Shown here piece by piece: positions 35,079 to 44,808 of a stretch of DNA of 64,000 nucleotides. The notes beneath the pieces were generated by a model. The model was not told the DNA's origin, ran no database searches, and saw only the letters and a list, made by a program, of their open reading frames with translations. A program made the translations under genes and the position numbers. This DNA is from Vicinamibacteria bacterium. GTDB lineage: Bacteria > Acidobacteriota > Vicinamibacteria > Vicinamibacterales > JAENWD01. The DNA is taken from the NCBI GenBank assembly GCA_963828745.1, contig CAWHFZ010000006.1:65549-129548 (forward strand), in the 5' to 3' direction. How positions within the stretch are numbered: the stretch's first letter is position 1; every line of letters begins with the position of its first letter.

Positions 35079-36014
35079 GACGAGCAGCGCCCGCAGGCGG
35101 GCCTCGATATCCTCGCCGATCGCCTCGCGCAACTGATCGCCGGCCTTCCTGATGCGCGATAGCGCCTTGGGGTATGACAGCCCGGTCTTGTTCATGACGA
35201 CGGCGGCCTTCACGTTCCAGTGCGCGCGGCGCAGCAACCGATCGGCCTCGTCATAGTCGAGGTCGGTGATGATGTTGACGATGCGTCGCGCGCGATCCTT
35301 CAGCTTCTCGGACCCGGTCCGGACGTCCACCATCAGATTGCCGTATGTCTTGCCGATGCGGATCATGGCGGTCGTCGTGAGCATGTTGAGCACCATCTTG
35401 GTCGCGGTGCCCGCCTTGAGCCGCGTCGATCCTGCGATCACTTCCGGCCCGACCGCCGGCGCGATCATCAGGTCGACGAACGTTTGCAGTTCGGTTTTCG
35501 GATCGCAGGTGACGAACAGGATCTTCGCGCCGGCCTTTCTCGCTCGCGTCAGCGCGCCTCTGACGAATTGCGTCATGCCGCTCGCCGAGACTCCGATGAC
35601 GACGTCCTTCTTCGTCGGGCGCAGCCGGCTGACCGCCCGCAGCCCTTCCTCGTAGTTGTCCTCGACACCTTCACGGGCGCGAAATATGGCGCCGCGTCCG
35701 CCGGCCATCACCGCCTGGACGAGCGATTGATCGGTGCCGAACGTCGGCGGCATTTCCGCGGATTCGAGCACGCCAAGCCGGCCGCTCGTACCGGCGCCGA
35801 CGAAGACGATGCGGCCGCCGCGGCGCAGGCTCTCGGCGATCATGTCGGCGCCGAGGGCAATGCGATCCTTCTCGCGCTGCACGGCGGCGACGACGCGCCG
35901 ATCCTCGTTCATCATCAGTTCGACGACGTCGACGGCGGGAAGCTTGTCGATGGCGAGCGTGGCGGCGTTGATGGCTTCAGTGGGCAGGAACTCCCACTTC
36001 GAACGTATCGGCAT
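35058..36014 (-). CDS. murQ: N-acetylmuramic acid 6-phosphate etherase
   Basis: SIS domain RIVFVGAGTSGRLGVLESAEMPPTFG and ..GSTRLKAGTATKMVLN. Confidence 0.9.
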   Translation of the reverse strand: MPIRSKWEFLPTEAINAATLAIDKLPAVDVVELMMNEDRRVVAAVQREKDRIALGADMIAESLRRGGRIVFVGAGTSGRLGVLESAEMPPTFGTDQSLVQAVMAGGRGAIFRAREGVEDNYEEGLRAVSRLRPTKKDVVIGVSASGMTQFVRGALTRARKAGAKILFVTCDPKTELQTFVDLMIAPAVGPEVIAGSTRLKAGTATKMVLNMLTTTAMIRIGKTYGNLMVDVRTGSEKLKDRARRIVNIITDLDYDEADRLLRRAHWNVKAAVVMNKTGLSYPKALSRIRKAGDQLREAIGEDIEARLRALLVSPLPGA

Positions 36015-36143
36015 GGCGACCTCGCCTGGGCGGCGCCGGCGTCCGGCGCAACCGGCGCAGATTGTAGATCAGCCCGCAGGGGCCTCGCGTCAAATCGGTA
36101 TATTCTGGTCGCGCTCGCTCCCGCGGCTTCCGAGGAGAATCGC

Positions 36144-37244
36144 ATGGTTTCGCGCGTCACCCGCCGACGTTTTCTCGAAACGACCGGCGCCGCTGGTCTC
36201 ACGACGCTTGCCGCTGCCGGTGCGCGTGCCCAAACGCCCGCGCCGACATCCGGTGTGCGCCCGATCATGTTGTCGAGCGCGAATGGCCTTCGCGCCCTCG
36301 AGACCGGCATGGCCTTGCTCAAGAAGGGCGGGGCCGGGACGAGACTCGATGCCATCGTGGAGACGGTGGCGATCGTCGAAGCCGACCCGCGCGACGACAG
36401 CGTCGGCTACGGCGGTCTCCCGAATGCTGACGGCGAGGTTGAACTCGATTGCTCGATCATGGACGGTCCGAGCTATGGCGCGGGCGCGGTCGGCGCGCTC
36501 AAACACATCATGCACCCATCGCGCGTCGCGCGTCTCGTCATGGAGCGCACCGGCCGCGTCTTCATCGTCGGCGACGGCGCATTGAAGTTCGCCCTCGCGC
36601 ATGGCTTCAAGGAAGAGGATCTCCTGACGGAAGCATCGCGCGAGAAGTGGCTGCGATGGAAAGAGCAGATGAGCGATATCGACGACTGGGGTCCCCCGGC
36701 CAGGGACGTGGTGCCGGCCTACGATGCGCCGCCGAAGAAATCGGTGCGACTCGAGCGGACCCGCGAAGACCTGTGGCGCTCGCTCGGGATCGATCCCGAG
36801 AAGGCGTGGGGGACGATCAACTGCCTGGCGCTCGATGCAACTGGCGACCTGTCCGGGATTACGACCACGAGCGGCCTGGCGTTCAAGATCCCGGGGCGCA
36901 TCGGTGACTCGCCCATGATCGGATGCGGGTTGTACGTGGACAACGAAATCGGAGCGGCCGGATCGACGGGTGTCGGCGAAGAATGCATCAAGGCCGTGGG
37001 CGCGCACACGGTGGTCGAGTACATGCGACAAGGCATGTCGCCCCGCGAGGCCGCACTGACGACGGTGAAGCGGGTGCTCTCGAAGCACGGCCCGGATGTT
37101 ACCTGGAATCTGAACTTCTACGCCGTGAACAAAAAGGGTGAGCACGGCGGCGCCGCCATCCAGAGCGGCAGTCAGTACGCGGTCCACGACGGGACGACGG
37201 CGAAGCTGGTCGAATCGGCGTACGTCATCGAGAAGAAGAAGTGA
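36144..37244 (+). CDS. Ntn-hydrolase of the asparaginase-2 family (glycosylasparaginase-like) with a Tat signal
   Basis: SRVTRRRFLETTGAAGL, autoprocessing region WGTINCLALD, and GSTGVGE. GAGGAG RBS sits before ATG 36144. Confidence 0.8.
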   Translation: MVSRVTRRRFLETTGAAGLTTLAAAGARAQTPAPTSGVRPIMLSSANGLRALETGMALLKKGGAGTRLDAIVETVAIVEADPRDDSVGYGGLPNADGEVELDCSIMDGPSYGAGAVGALKHIMHPSRVARLVMERTGRVFIVGDGALKFALAHGFKEEDLLTEASREKWLRWKEQMSDIDDWGPPARDVVPAYDAPPKKSVRLERTREDLWRSLGIDPEKAWGTINCLALDATGDLSGITTTSGLAFKIPGRIGDSPMIGCGLYVDNEIGAAGSTGVGEECIKAVGAHTVVEYMRQGMSPREAALTTVKRVLSKHGPDVTWNLNFYAVNKKGEHGGAAIQSGSQYAVHDGTTAKLVESAYVIEKKK

Positions 37245-37246
37245 GC

Positions 37247-37281
37247 GGAATTGCGATTGTGGATTGTGGATTGAGGATTGA
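37247..37281. repeat. Tandem heptamer array GGATTGN (about 5 units)
   Basis: GGAATTG CGATTGT GGATTGT GGATTGA GGATTGA runs from the asparaginase stop into the xerD TTG start. Confidence 0.85.
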
Positions 37282-38183
37282 CTGACGACCTGGCGTCGGC
37301 CGCCCTCGTGGACGGCTATCTCGATCACCTGCGCATCGAGCGGCGGCTGGCTCCGAACAGCGTTGAAAGCTATGCCCGCGATCTGGTGCATCTCGGACGA
37401 TTTGCCGCCGGCCGCGGCGTCGCGCTCACGGATCTCGATCGGCCGGCGCTGGAGGCGTTCGTCCGTGCGCTGATGGGCGCAGGGATGTCGCCCCGCTCGG
37501 TGGCGCGAATCGTCGCCGCCACGCGCGGATTCTATCGATACCTGCTCATCGGCCGGCGGATCGCGGCGAATCCGGCCGACGATCTCCAGCCGCCGCGTGC
37601 GTGGGCGACGCTCCCGAAATACCTGTCCGTTGAAGAAGTGGACACGCTGCTGGCGCAGCCGGACGTGTCGACACCGCGAGGCCTTCGCGATCGCGCGTTC
37701 ATCGAGGTGCTCTATGCGACCGGTCTCCGGGTGAGCGAGCTCGTGGACTTGAAGGTGTCGGACGTCAACCTTGAAGGCGGATTCCTCACGACGAAGGGTA
37801 AGGGTAGCAAAGAACGCCTCGTGCCAATCGGCGACGAGGCCGTGGCGTGGCTCTCGAAATACCTGAGGGGAGCGCGCCAGTCGCTGCTCGGCCGCCGCAC
37901 CTCGCCGCGCGTGTTCGTCAACGCGCGCGGCGGCGACGCACTGACACGAATGGGCGTCTGGAAGCTCCTGAAGGCCTATGGCATAAAGGCGGGCGTCGGT
38001 ACACGATTGAGCCCACACGTGCTCCGGCACTCGTTTGCGACCCACCTGCTCGAGCGCGGTGCGGATCTCCGGGCCATCCAGGTCATGCTGGGACATTCCG
38101 ATCTATCGACGACGCAGATTTACACGCACGTGCTGGAGGCACGGCTTCGCGCGGTCTACGACCGCTATCATCCCCGCCGGTGA
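37278..38183 (+). CDS. xerD: Tyrosine recombinase XerD
   Basis: ATGLRVSELV, HVLRHSFATHLL and LGHSDLSTTQIYTHV. Confidence 0.85.
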   Translation: MTDDLASAALVDGYLDHLRIERRLAPNSVESYARDLVHLGRFAAGRGVALTDLDRPALEAFVRALMGAGMSPRSVARIVAATRGFYRYLLIGRRIAANPADDLQPPRAWATLPKYLSVEEVDTLLAQPDVSTPRGLRDRAFIEVLYATGLRVSELVDLKVSDVNLEGGFLTTKGKGSKERLVPIGDEAVAWLSKYLRGARQSLLGRRTSPRVFVNARGGDALTRMGVWKLLKAYGIKAGVGTRLSPHVLRHSFATHLLERGADLRAIQVMLGHSDLSTTQIYTHVLEARLRAVYDRYHPRR

Positions 38184-39955
38184 CTCGTGCTCGTGTTGCG
38201 CTCCTGGCCGTTGCCCTCGCAATTGCCGGCGCAGTCTGGATCCTCGTGCCGCCGGCACACCAATCGCTGACGGCGACTCCCGATTCGCGTACAGTGCGCG
38301 GCGCGATTCACGTGCACACGCGCCGTTCCGACGGGACTGGCAGCCCGGAGGACGTCGCCCGAGCGGCGGCGCGGGCGGGCCTCGACTTCGTGGCGCTGAC
38401 CGATCACGGCGACGCGACGCGGTTCATCGATCCGCCCCGCTACATCGACCGCGTGCTGGTGCTCGACGGCGTCGAGATCAGTACCTCGGCCGGGCACTAC
38501 ATCGCGCTCGGCATGCCGCGCGCTCCCTACCGCCTTGCCGGTCAGGCACGCGACGTGGTCGAGGACGTGCACCGGCTCGGTGGGTTCGGTATCGCCGCGC
38601 ATCCGGATTCACCGAAGACTGAATTGAGCTGGCGGAACTGGCAGGCACCGTTCGATGCTCTGGAATGGTTGAACGCCGACACCCAGTGGCGCGACGAATC
38701 GCGGCGTGCGCTCGTGCGCGCCGTGTTGTCGTATTGGTTCCGGGGGCCCGAATCGATCGTCGCGCTGTTCGATCGCCCGCGCTCGGCTCTCGAGCAATGG
38801 GACAGGCTGACGACGCGACGCCCGGTCGTGGCGGTGGCGGGGCATGATGCCCACGCCCGTATGTCCCTGGTCGGCGCGTGGGAGCCGACGGGCGAGGAAC
38901 GATCGCTGAAGATTCCTTCGTATGAGGCCGCGTTCAAAGCCTTCGCCGTCCGCGCCGTCCTGAAGCAACCCTGGGGCCGCACGAACCAGACGGCGCCGCG
39001 CGACGCGGCCGCGCTTCTCGACGCGCTGCGGAGCGGTCGCGCCTATACCGTGATCGACGCGATCGCGGGGCCGGTGCGCCTCTCGGTTGAGGCCTCCGGC
39101 GCGAACGGCACAACCGAAATGGGAGGGGACGTCACGGCCGCGGGCGCGGTCACGCTGAGCGCTGCGCTCACGCCCGACGTGCCGGACGCCACGATCGTCC
39201 TCATCAAGAACGGGCGCGAGATCAAAGCGACACGCGGCAGCTCGATGTCGATCGTGCACCCGGCAGGCGAGGGGGCCGCGACCTACAGAGTCGAGGTGCG
39301 GCACGAAGGCGCGCCAGGATCCCCGGCTGTGCCCTGGATCGTTGCCAATCCGATTTACGTCACCCGAGGCGCATCGAGAGCATCGACCCCGCCGGCGCCG
39401 CGAGTGCTCGATCATCGGCTGTTCGAAGATGGGAGTGGCCAGGTTCAGTGGACGATCGAGCGGAATCCGCAATGCACTGGTCGCGTCGACGTGGCAGCGC
39501 CGGCAGCAGTCCCGCGCGATCGCGCGCGTGACAACATTGATCCGAAGTTTCACAAGCGATTGCACTTTGTGTGGCAACTCGCTGGCGGTTCACGGTCCAG
39601 TCAGTACACGGCGCTGGTCACGCGGCTGGATGGCGCCAAGCTCCGGGTGTTCAATCAACTCGCGTTCCGTGCGAGTGCTTCACGGCCGATGCGGCTCTCG
39701 GTACAACTGCGGGTGCCGGATGGGCGGCGTTGGCAGCGCTCCGTCTATCTCGACGAGACGCCCCGCGAAATCATCGTGCCGATCGAAGAGATGACGAGTG
39801 TCGCCGGAGGCGGGCGCCGCGCGCACATCGAGCGGGCCGACGCGCTGCTGTTCGTGGTGGACACGGTGAACACGCCGCCGGGGACTGCCGGCGAGACGTG
39901 GCTCGATTCGCTGCGATGGCAGCAAGCGAAGGACGAGGGACGAAGGACGAAGTGA
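38180..39955 (+). CDS. Membrane-anchored PHP-domain metallohydrolase (CehA/McbA-like) with a large uncharacterised C-terminal region
   Basis: GTG 38180 overlaps the xerD stop (GTGA). TM segment LLAVALAIAGAVWILV. Motifs HVHTRRSDGTGSPEDV and ALTDHGD. Confidence 0.7.
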   Translation: MTRARVALLAVALAIAGAVWILVPPAHQSLTATPDSRTVRGAIHVHTRRSDGTGSPEDVARAAARAGLDFVALTDHGDATRFIDPPRYIDRVLVLDGVEISTSAGHYIALGMPRAPYRLAGQARDVVEDVHRLGGFGIAAHPDSPKTELSWRNWQAPFDALEWLNADTQWRDESRRALVRAVLSYWFRGPESIVALFDRPRSALEQWDRLTTRRPVVAVAGHDAHARMSLVGAWEPTGEERSLKIPSYEAAFKAFAVRAVLKQPWGRTNQTAPRDAAALLDALRSGRAYTVIDAIAGPVRLSVEASGANGTTEMGGDVTAAGAVTLSAALTPDVPDATIVLIKNGREIKATRGSSMSIVHPAGEGAATYRVEVRHEGAPGSPAVPWIVANPIYVTRGASRASTPPAPRVLDHRLFEDGSGQVQWTIERNPQCTGRVDVAAPAAVPRDRARDNIDPKFHKRLHFVWQLAGGSRSSQYTALVTRLDGAKLRVFNQLAFRASASRPMRLSVQLRVPDGRRWQRSVYLDETPREIIVPIEEMTSVAGGGRRAHIERADALLFVVDTVNTPPGTAGETWLDSLRWQQAKDEGRRTK

Positions 39956-39965
39956 CGAGTGAAAG
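39931..39965. repeat. Tandem heptamer array GGACGAR (3 good + 2 degenerate units)
   Basis: GGACGAG GGACGAA GGACGAA GTGACGA GTGAAAG covers the last codons and the stop of the PHP gene. Confidence 0.8.
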
Positions 39966-39974
39966 GCGTCCGGC

Positions 39975-41096
39975 TTACGTCCGTACGGTCAACAACAGAT
40001 ACGCCGCTCCCGCCCCGAAGAGCACGTTGGGCGCCCACGCCGCAAGCACGGCCGGCAGCATCCCGGCGCTGCCGATCGCCGTGAACGTGTTGATGGTGAT
40101 CCAGTAGACGACAGCGATCGAGATGCCGGCGGCAATGCCGTATAGCGCGCCGCGCCGCCCGGTCGTTACCGCGAACGGTACGGCGATCAACGTCATGATC
40201 AGCGTCACGAAGGGGAATGACAGCTTGCGATGGAGCAGCACCGTCTGCGGGACGACATTGACGCCGCTGGCGGCAAGATCCCTGATATAGCGCTTGAGCT
40301 GCGCATATGTCATGCGGTCGGCATCGGGCGACTCGGTCGCGAAGTAGGTCGGCGCCTCGAGGATCAGATCTCGCGACGGGAACGTCGCGAAGGCCTTCAG
40401 ATCGGTACCGTTCTGGAACTCGCGCACCCAGCCGTCGTTCGACCGCCACACCTGCTGCGAGCGCGCCTCGAAGATCGCGTTGCTGACGTAGACGCGACGC
40501 GCGACATTGCCGCCTTTGCGATCGAACTCGAGGATCGACAGTCCATTCAGTTCCTGACGCCGCTGATCGTAGAAGGTGTAGTTGTAGATGCTGCCGTCGC
40601 GCGCCACCAGCCATTTTCGGTTGACGACATCGAAGGTGCGCGCCGCGCCGCCGCGGATGATGTGTTTCAGCTCCGACGCTCGCCGATTGGAATAGGGCAA
40701 CACGCGATCCTGCACGAGGAACATCGTCCCGCTGGCGACCGCGGCCAAGGCGATGAGCGGCACGGCGACACGGTAAATGCTGATGCCGCACGCCTGCATC
40801 ACGACGATTTCGCTGTTCTTGGTGAGGATGCCAATCGTCACCATCCCCGCGATCAGGATCGTCAATGGGATGATGAAGAACACGAACTGCGGCGTCTGGT
40901 AGTAGAAGTACTGCCCGAGCGTCGCCGCCGTCGTCTGCCCCTTGAACAGCTTGTCGGACATGTCGATGAACGTCGAGATGTAGAAGATCCCGAGCAGTCC
41001 GATGAACGTCAGCGTCGACACTTTCAGCGCCAGGCGCGAGACATAGCCATCAAGGAGCCGGAAGGACGGCAGGTTGAGGTGCGGCAGCCGGATCAC
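39975..41096 (-). CDS. lptG: LPS export permease LptG (YjgP/YjgQ family). The start is uncertain (four consecutive GTG codons beginning at 41096, 41099, 41102 and 41105).
   Basis: LLDGYVSRLALKV.., ILTKNSEIVVMQACGISIYR, and 6 TM segments. Confidence 0.8.
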   Translation of the reverse strand: MIRLPHLNLPSFRLLDGYVSRLALKVSTLTFIGLLGIFYISTFIDMSDKLFKGQTTAATLGQYFYYQTPQFVFFIIPLTILIAGMVTIGILTKNSEIVVMQACGISIYRVAVPLIALAAVASGTMFLVQDRVLPYSNRRASELKHIIRGGAARTFDVVNRKWLVARDGSIYNYTFYDQRRQELNGLSILEFDRKGGNVARRVYVSNAIFEARSQQVWRSNDGWVREFQNGTDLKAFATFPSRDLILEAPTYFATESPDADRMTYAQLKRYIRDLAASGVNVVPQTVLLHRKLSFPFVTLIMTLIAVPFAVTTGRRGALYGIAAGISIAVVYWITINTFTAIGSAGMLPAVLAAWAPNVLFGAGAAYLLLTVRT

Positions 41097-42324
41097 CACC
41101 ACCACACGGCCTGAGCGTCCACCGCCAGCGGCGGGCTCCGCAATCGATCCGGCACCATCGGCCGCCGTCCGTGTCTTCCAGAATTGCCAGCGCTCGGGAA
41201 TCGTCAGCCGCAGCGGCTTGTCCGCCGACCGGGCGCGCCACAGGAGCAGGGCAACGCCGATCGTCACCGAGGACGAGATTCGGCCCCCAGACGGCGAGCC
41301 AGGGCGGCAACAGTTGTCCCTTGGCCATCTGGCGTCCCTGGTACTCGAGGATGTAATACGCGAAGATCACGCCGATCCCAGGCACGAATGCGGCGAGCTT
41401 GCCGCCGCGCGCCTGCTGGAGTCCGAGCGCCAGTCCAATCACGGCGAAGACGAGGCACGCCGCCGGCAGCGAGAACTTGCGGTGGAGGGCCATCAACGGC
41501 GAGTGCGAACGCAGGCCTTTCTGTTTCAGCTCGGCAGCCCGGGCTCGCAGCTCCGGGATCGTCATCTCGTTGTCGCCCTTCAGAATCTCGGTAATCCGGA
41601 ACACGCTGTCCGGATCGAGGCCGAGAATCAGCTCCGCAAAGCGGGCGACCTCGTATTTGGAAGGGTCCTTCAGATTCGCGGTATGCCGCGTGCCGTCGAG
41701 GAGCACCAGATCGACGCGGCGCTTTTCACGATCGATGACGAGCCGGCCGGCACCGGCGGTGAAGACGGTGGGCTCCTGCGGCCGCGACGTGTCGGCGAGG
41801 AACACGTCGCGCCACGCGCCGCTCGCGGTCGTGTCGCCGACGTAGAGAACGCGGTTGGGGAAGTCTTCGAAAAAGATACGCGGCTTGATCTCCGTTTCGA
41901 CGCGCTGCGTGATGACGCCGTAGACGATTTGCCGGAAGGTCTGATTGGCGGCGGGGACGGCATCGAACATCACCCACGACGTCACGCCCCAGCTGACGAG
42001 CGCATAGAGCATCACCGGCCAGAGGAGGCGATAGATGCTGATGCCGCAGGCCTGCAAGGCCACCGATTCGCGATCTGCTGACAGCCGGCCGAGGCCGATG
42101 AGAAGGCCGACGAGGACCGACATCGGGATCGTGACCGCCAGCGCCTGCGGCACGAGGGTCGCAAGCACACGAATGACGATCTGCCAGGACACACCTTTCG
42201 AGATGAGCTGCTCGCTGTAGTCGGCGAGCGGCTGAATCATCAGGAGAAACGTGAAGACGGTCAGTCCGAGCAGGAAGGGAAGGATGAGTTCCCGGATAAT
42301 ATAGCGATCGATGATCCGCAACAT
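41093..42324 (-). pseudogene. lptF: LPS export permease LptF. It has an apparent +1 frameshift at ~41269 and an unresolved 3' end.
   Basis: MLRIIDRYIIRELILPF.. and ADRESVALQACGISIYR. The last TM segment, LAVWGPNLVLG|TIGVALLLWR, is split between ORF 41050-42324 and ORF 39975-41267. Confidence 0.8.
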
Positions 42325-42447
42325 CGGCGGGCAGTGGTCGGATTGAACTTCGAGCGTATCACACTGTTACTGCGGCGTTTTCGGCGCTACCTCCATCGTT
42401 GACGGGCCTGAATCCCCGCTGCTTCCATCCCTCCCACGTCTGCCCAC

Positions 42448-44657
42448 ATGACAAAGGTCGCGATTCTCTGGCACATGCACCAGCCCTTCTATCAGGACCT
42501 GGTGACGGGGGAGCACATCCTGCCATGGGTCCGGCTGCATGCGCTGAAGGATTACTACGGAATGGTCGCGCTCTTGCGCGAGTTCCCGACGGTACGTCTG
42601 ACCTTCAACCTGGTGCCCTCGCTCGTCGTGCAGCTCGAGGCGTTCGCCGAGGATCGGGCGAAGGATCGCAGTCTGGAGCTGAGCCTCAAACCGGCGGCCG
42701 AGCTGACCGACGACGACAAGCGTTTCCTCCTGACGAACTTTTTCCACGCGCAGCGGGCGCGGATGATCGAGCCGGCGCCGAGATATGCGGAACTCCTCCG
42801 GCGCCGCGACCACGCCAATGCCAATGGTGGAGCCGTCCGTGCGTTCTCGGAGGGCGATTTTCGCGATCTCCAGGTCTGGCACAAGCTCGCGTGGGTCGAC
42901 CCGTTCTTCGTCGAATCGGATGTTCGTATCCACGCGCCTGATCGCGAAAGGCCGCAACTACACCGAAGACGACAAGCGCATCCTGCGCGACGTCGAACTC
43001 GCGGTCCTGCGTGCCGTGGTCCCGGAGTACCGCGAGCGCCGCCGCACGCGGCCAGGTGGAACTCTCGGCATCGCCGTTCTATCACCCGATTCTCCCGCTG
43101 TTGTGCGATACCGATGTGTATCTGCGAACGCATCCGCACTCGCGCATGCCGCGGCAGCGATTCCGGCATCCGGATGACGCCCGTACGCAGCTCGAACGGG
43201 CGGTCCAGTCGCACCTGCAGACGTTTGGCGTGAAGCCGGTCGGTTTGTGGCCGTCCGAAGGGTCGGTATCCGACGCGATGGTGCCGCTGGCGGCGAATAC
43301 GGGGTTCCGCTGGATGGCGACTGACGAATTGATCCTGGCGCGAAGCCTGGGCGTCGGGTTGGCGCGGGACGGGTACGGGCATCTCGAACAGCCGGAAACA
43401 CTCTACCGTCCGTACCTCGTCCGCGCCGGTGGAGCGGAGATCGCCTGCTTGTTCCGCGATCACGTGCTGTCAGACCTGATCGGCTTCACGTACGCGAGCT
43501 GGGGCGCGGCTGAAGCCGCGCAGGATTTTGTCGGGCGGCTGATCGAAGCCGGCCGGCGGTATGCGGCGCGCACCGGCGGCGGGGAAGCCGTCATTCCGGT
43601 GATTCTCGACGGCGAGAACGCCTGGGAACACTTCGAGGGTCAGGGCCGGCCGTTTCTTCGCGCTCTCTATCGCGCACTGGCGACGCATCCGGAGATACAA
43701 ACGGTCACGATGAGCGAGGCCGCCGCGGCGCCGGCGACCCCGCTGACCGGCATCTTCCCAGGATCGTGGATCAACGGCGACTTCTACATCTGGATCGGCC
43801 ATCCGGACGATCACCGGGCCTGGGGCCAACTGGCCGATGCCCGGCAGGCGATGGACGCTCCAGGTCCCGCAGCGACGGCGGAGGGCCTCGTTCGAGCCCG
43901 CGAAGAGCTGTTCATCGCCGAGGGCTCCGACTGGTTCTGGTGGTACGGCGACGATCACTCTTCCGATCACGATCTGGAATTCGACGATCTGTTCCGCCGG
44001 CATCTCCGCAACGTCTACCGCAGTCTCGACAAGCCGGTGCCCTGAGGAGCTCTACGTCACCAACATCACCACCGAGCCGCCGCGAACGGTCGTCCACGCG
44101 CCGGTGGGATTGCGTCCGGCCGACGCTGGACGGCGAGGTCACCAGCTACTTCGAGTGGGTCGGCGCCGGCGAGCTGGAGCTCTCGGCGTCGGCGGGATCG
44201 ATGCACCAGGTCGCGCCGGTGCGGCGCCCGCTGGTGACCGCGATCCGATACGGTTTCGACGCGGACCAGCTTCTTCGTCCGTGTCGATCTGTCCCGGCGC
44301 GCCCAGGACGTCCTCGTCGATAAAGGGCGAAGATCCGCGTCAGCTTCTTCAAGCCCGCGAACCACCGCCTTTCCGCTACTGACGATGCCGGCGCTTGCAT
44401 GCGGTCCAGCTTCTTCGAGCGTCATGGCCGGGACGACTGGCAGCCAAAGGCCTCGGCGCGGGCCGTCGGCGCGGCCGTCCACATTCTGGAGCTCGGCGTC
44501 CCGCTCGCGGACCTCGGTCTGCGGCCGGGCGATACGGTCAGCTTCTTCGTGAGCCTTGCTGCAGGACGGCCACGCGCTCGAGCAATATCCCGCCCACCAT
44601 CCGCTCGACCTCCAGGCGCCCGGGCCCGATTTCGCCGCACGGCTCTGGTCGGTGTGA
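42448..44657 (+). pseudogene. Glycoside hydrolase family 57 alpha-glucan enzyme (amylase/branching-enzyme-like), with seven apparent frame breaks
   Basis: Motifs across 7 frame segments: ILWHMHQPFY..LPWVRLHALKDYY, SPFYHPILPLL, LDGENAWEHF, SDWFWWYGDDH, DGEVTSYFEWVGAG, and a C-terminus ..YPAHHPLDLQAPGPDFAARLWSV. Breaks are at ~42937, 43040, 44043, 44119, 44276, 44326 (-1) and 44558. Confidence 0.85.
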
Positions 44658-44659
44658 CC

Positions 44660-44808
44660 GGGGATGCGGCCTTCGCACTTGTCGAGACGCTTCGGATCCG
44701 TTTTCGATCCTTCGACCTTTCGAGTTCTGCCACGAGTTCGCTAGGGTAGTTGCGGCCGGCTTTCCGACTCCGCAAACCTTCAACAGGGCACTTTCCTGCG
44801 GCATCCCC
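44660..44808. other. 149-nt multi-hairpin element closed by a 10/11-bp terminal stem. It could be a structured RNA or a repeat; the strand is unknown.
   Basis: GGGGATGCGGC (44660-44670) pairs with GCGGCATCCCC (44798-44808). Internal hairpins include GGATC-CGTTTTC-GATCC, TTGCGG..CCGCAA and CAGG-GCACTTT-CCTG. Confidence 0.3.

Noticed and set aside
36090-38096. 668-aa minus-strand ORF spanning the asparaginase and xerD regions
   Set aside because: It is antisense to two conserved genes and reads through the GGATTGN heptamer array.
37278-38183. The tyrosine recombinase as the integrase of a mobile element
   Set aside because: The sequence has XerD-type motifs. There is no flanking tRNA, direct repeat, phage or transposon gene, and the neighbours are housekeeping genes.
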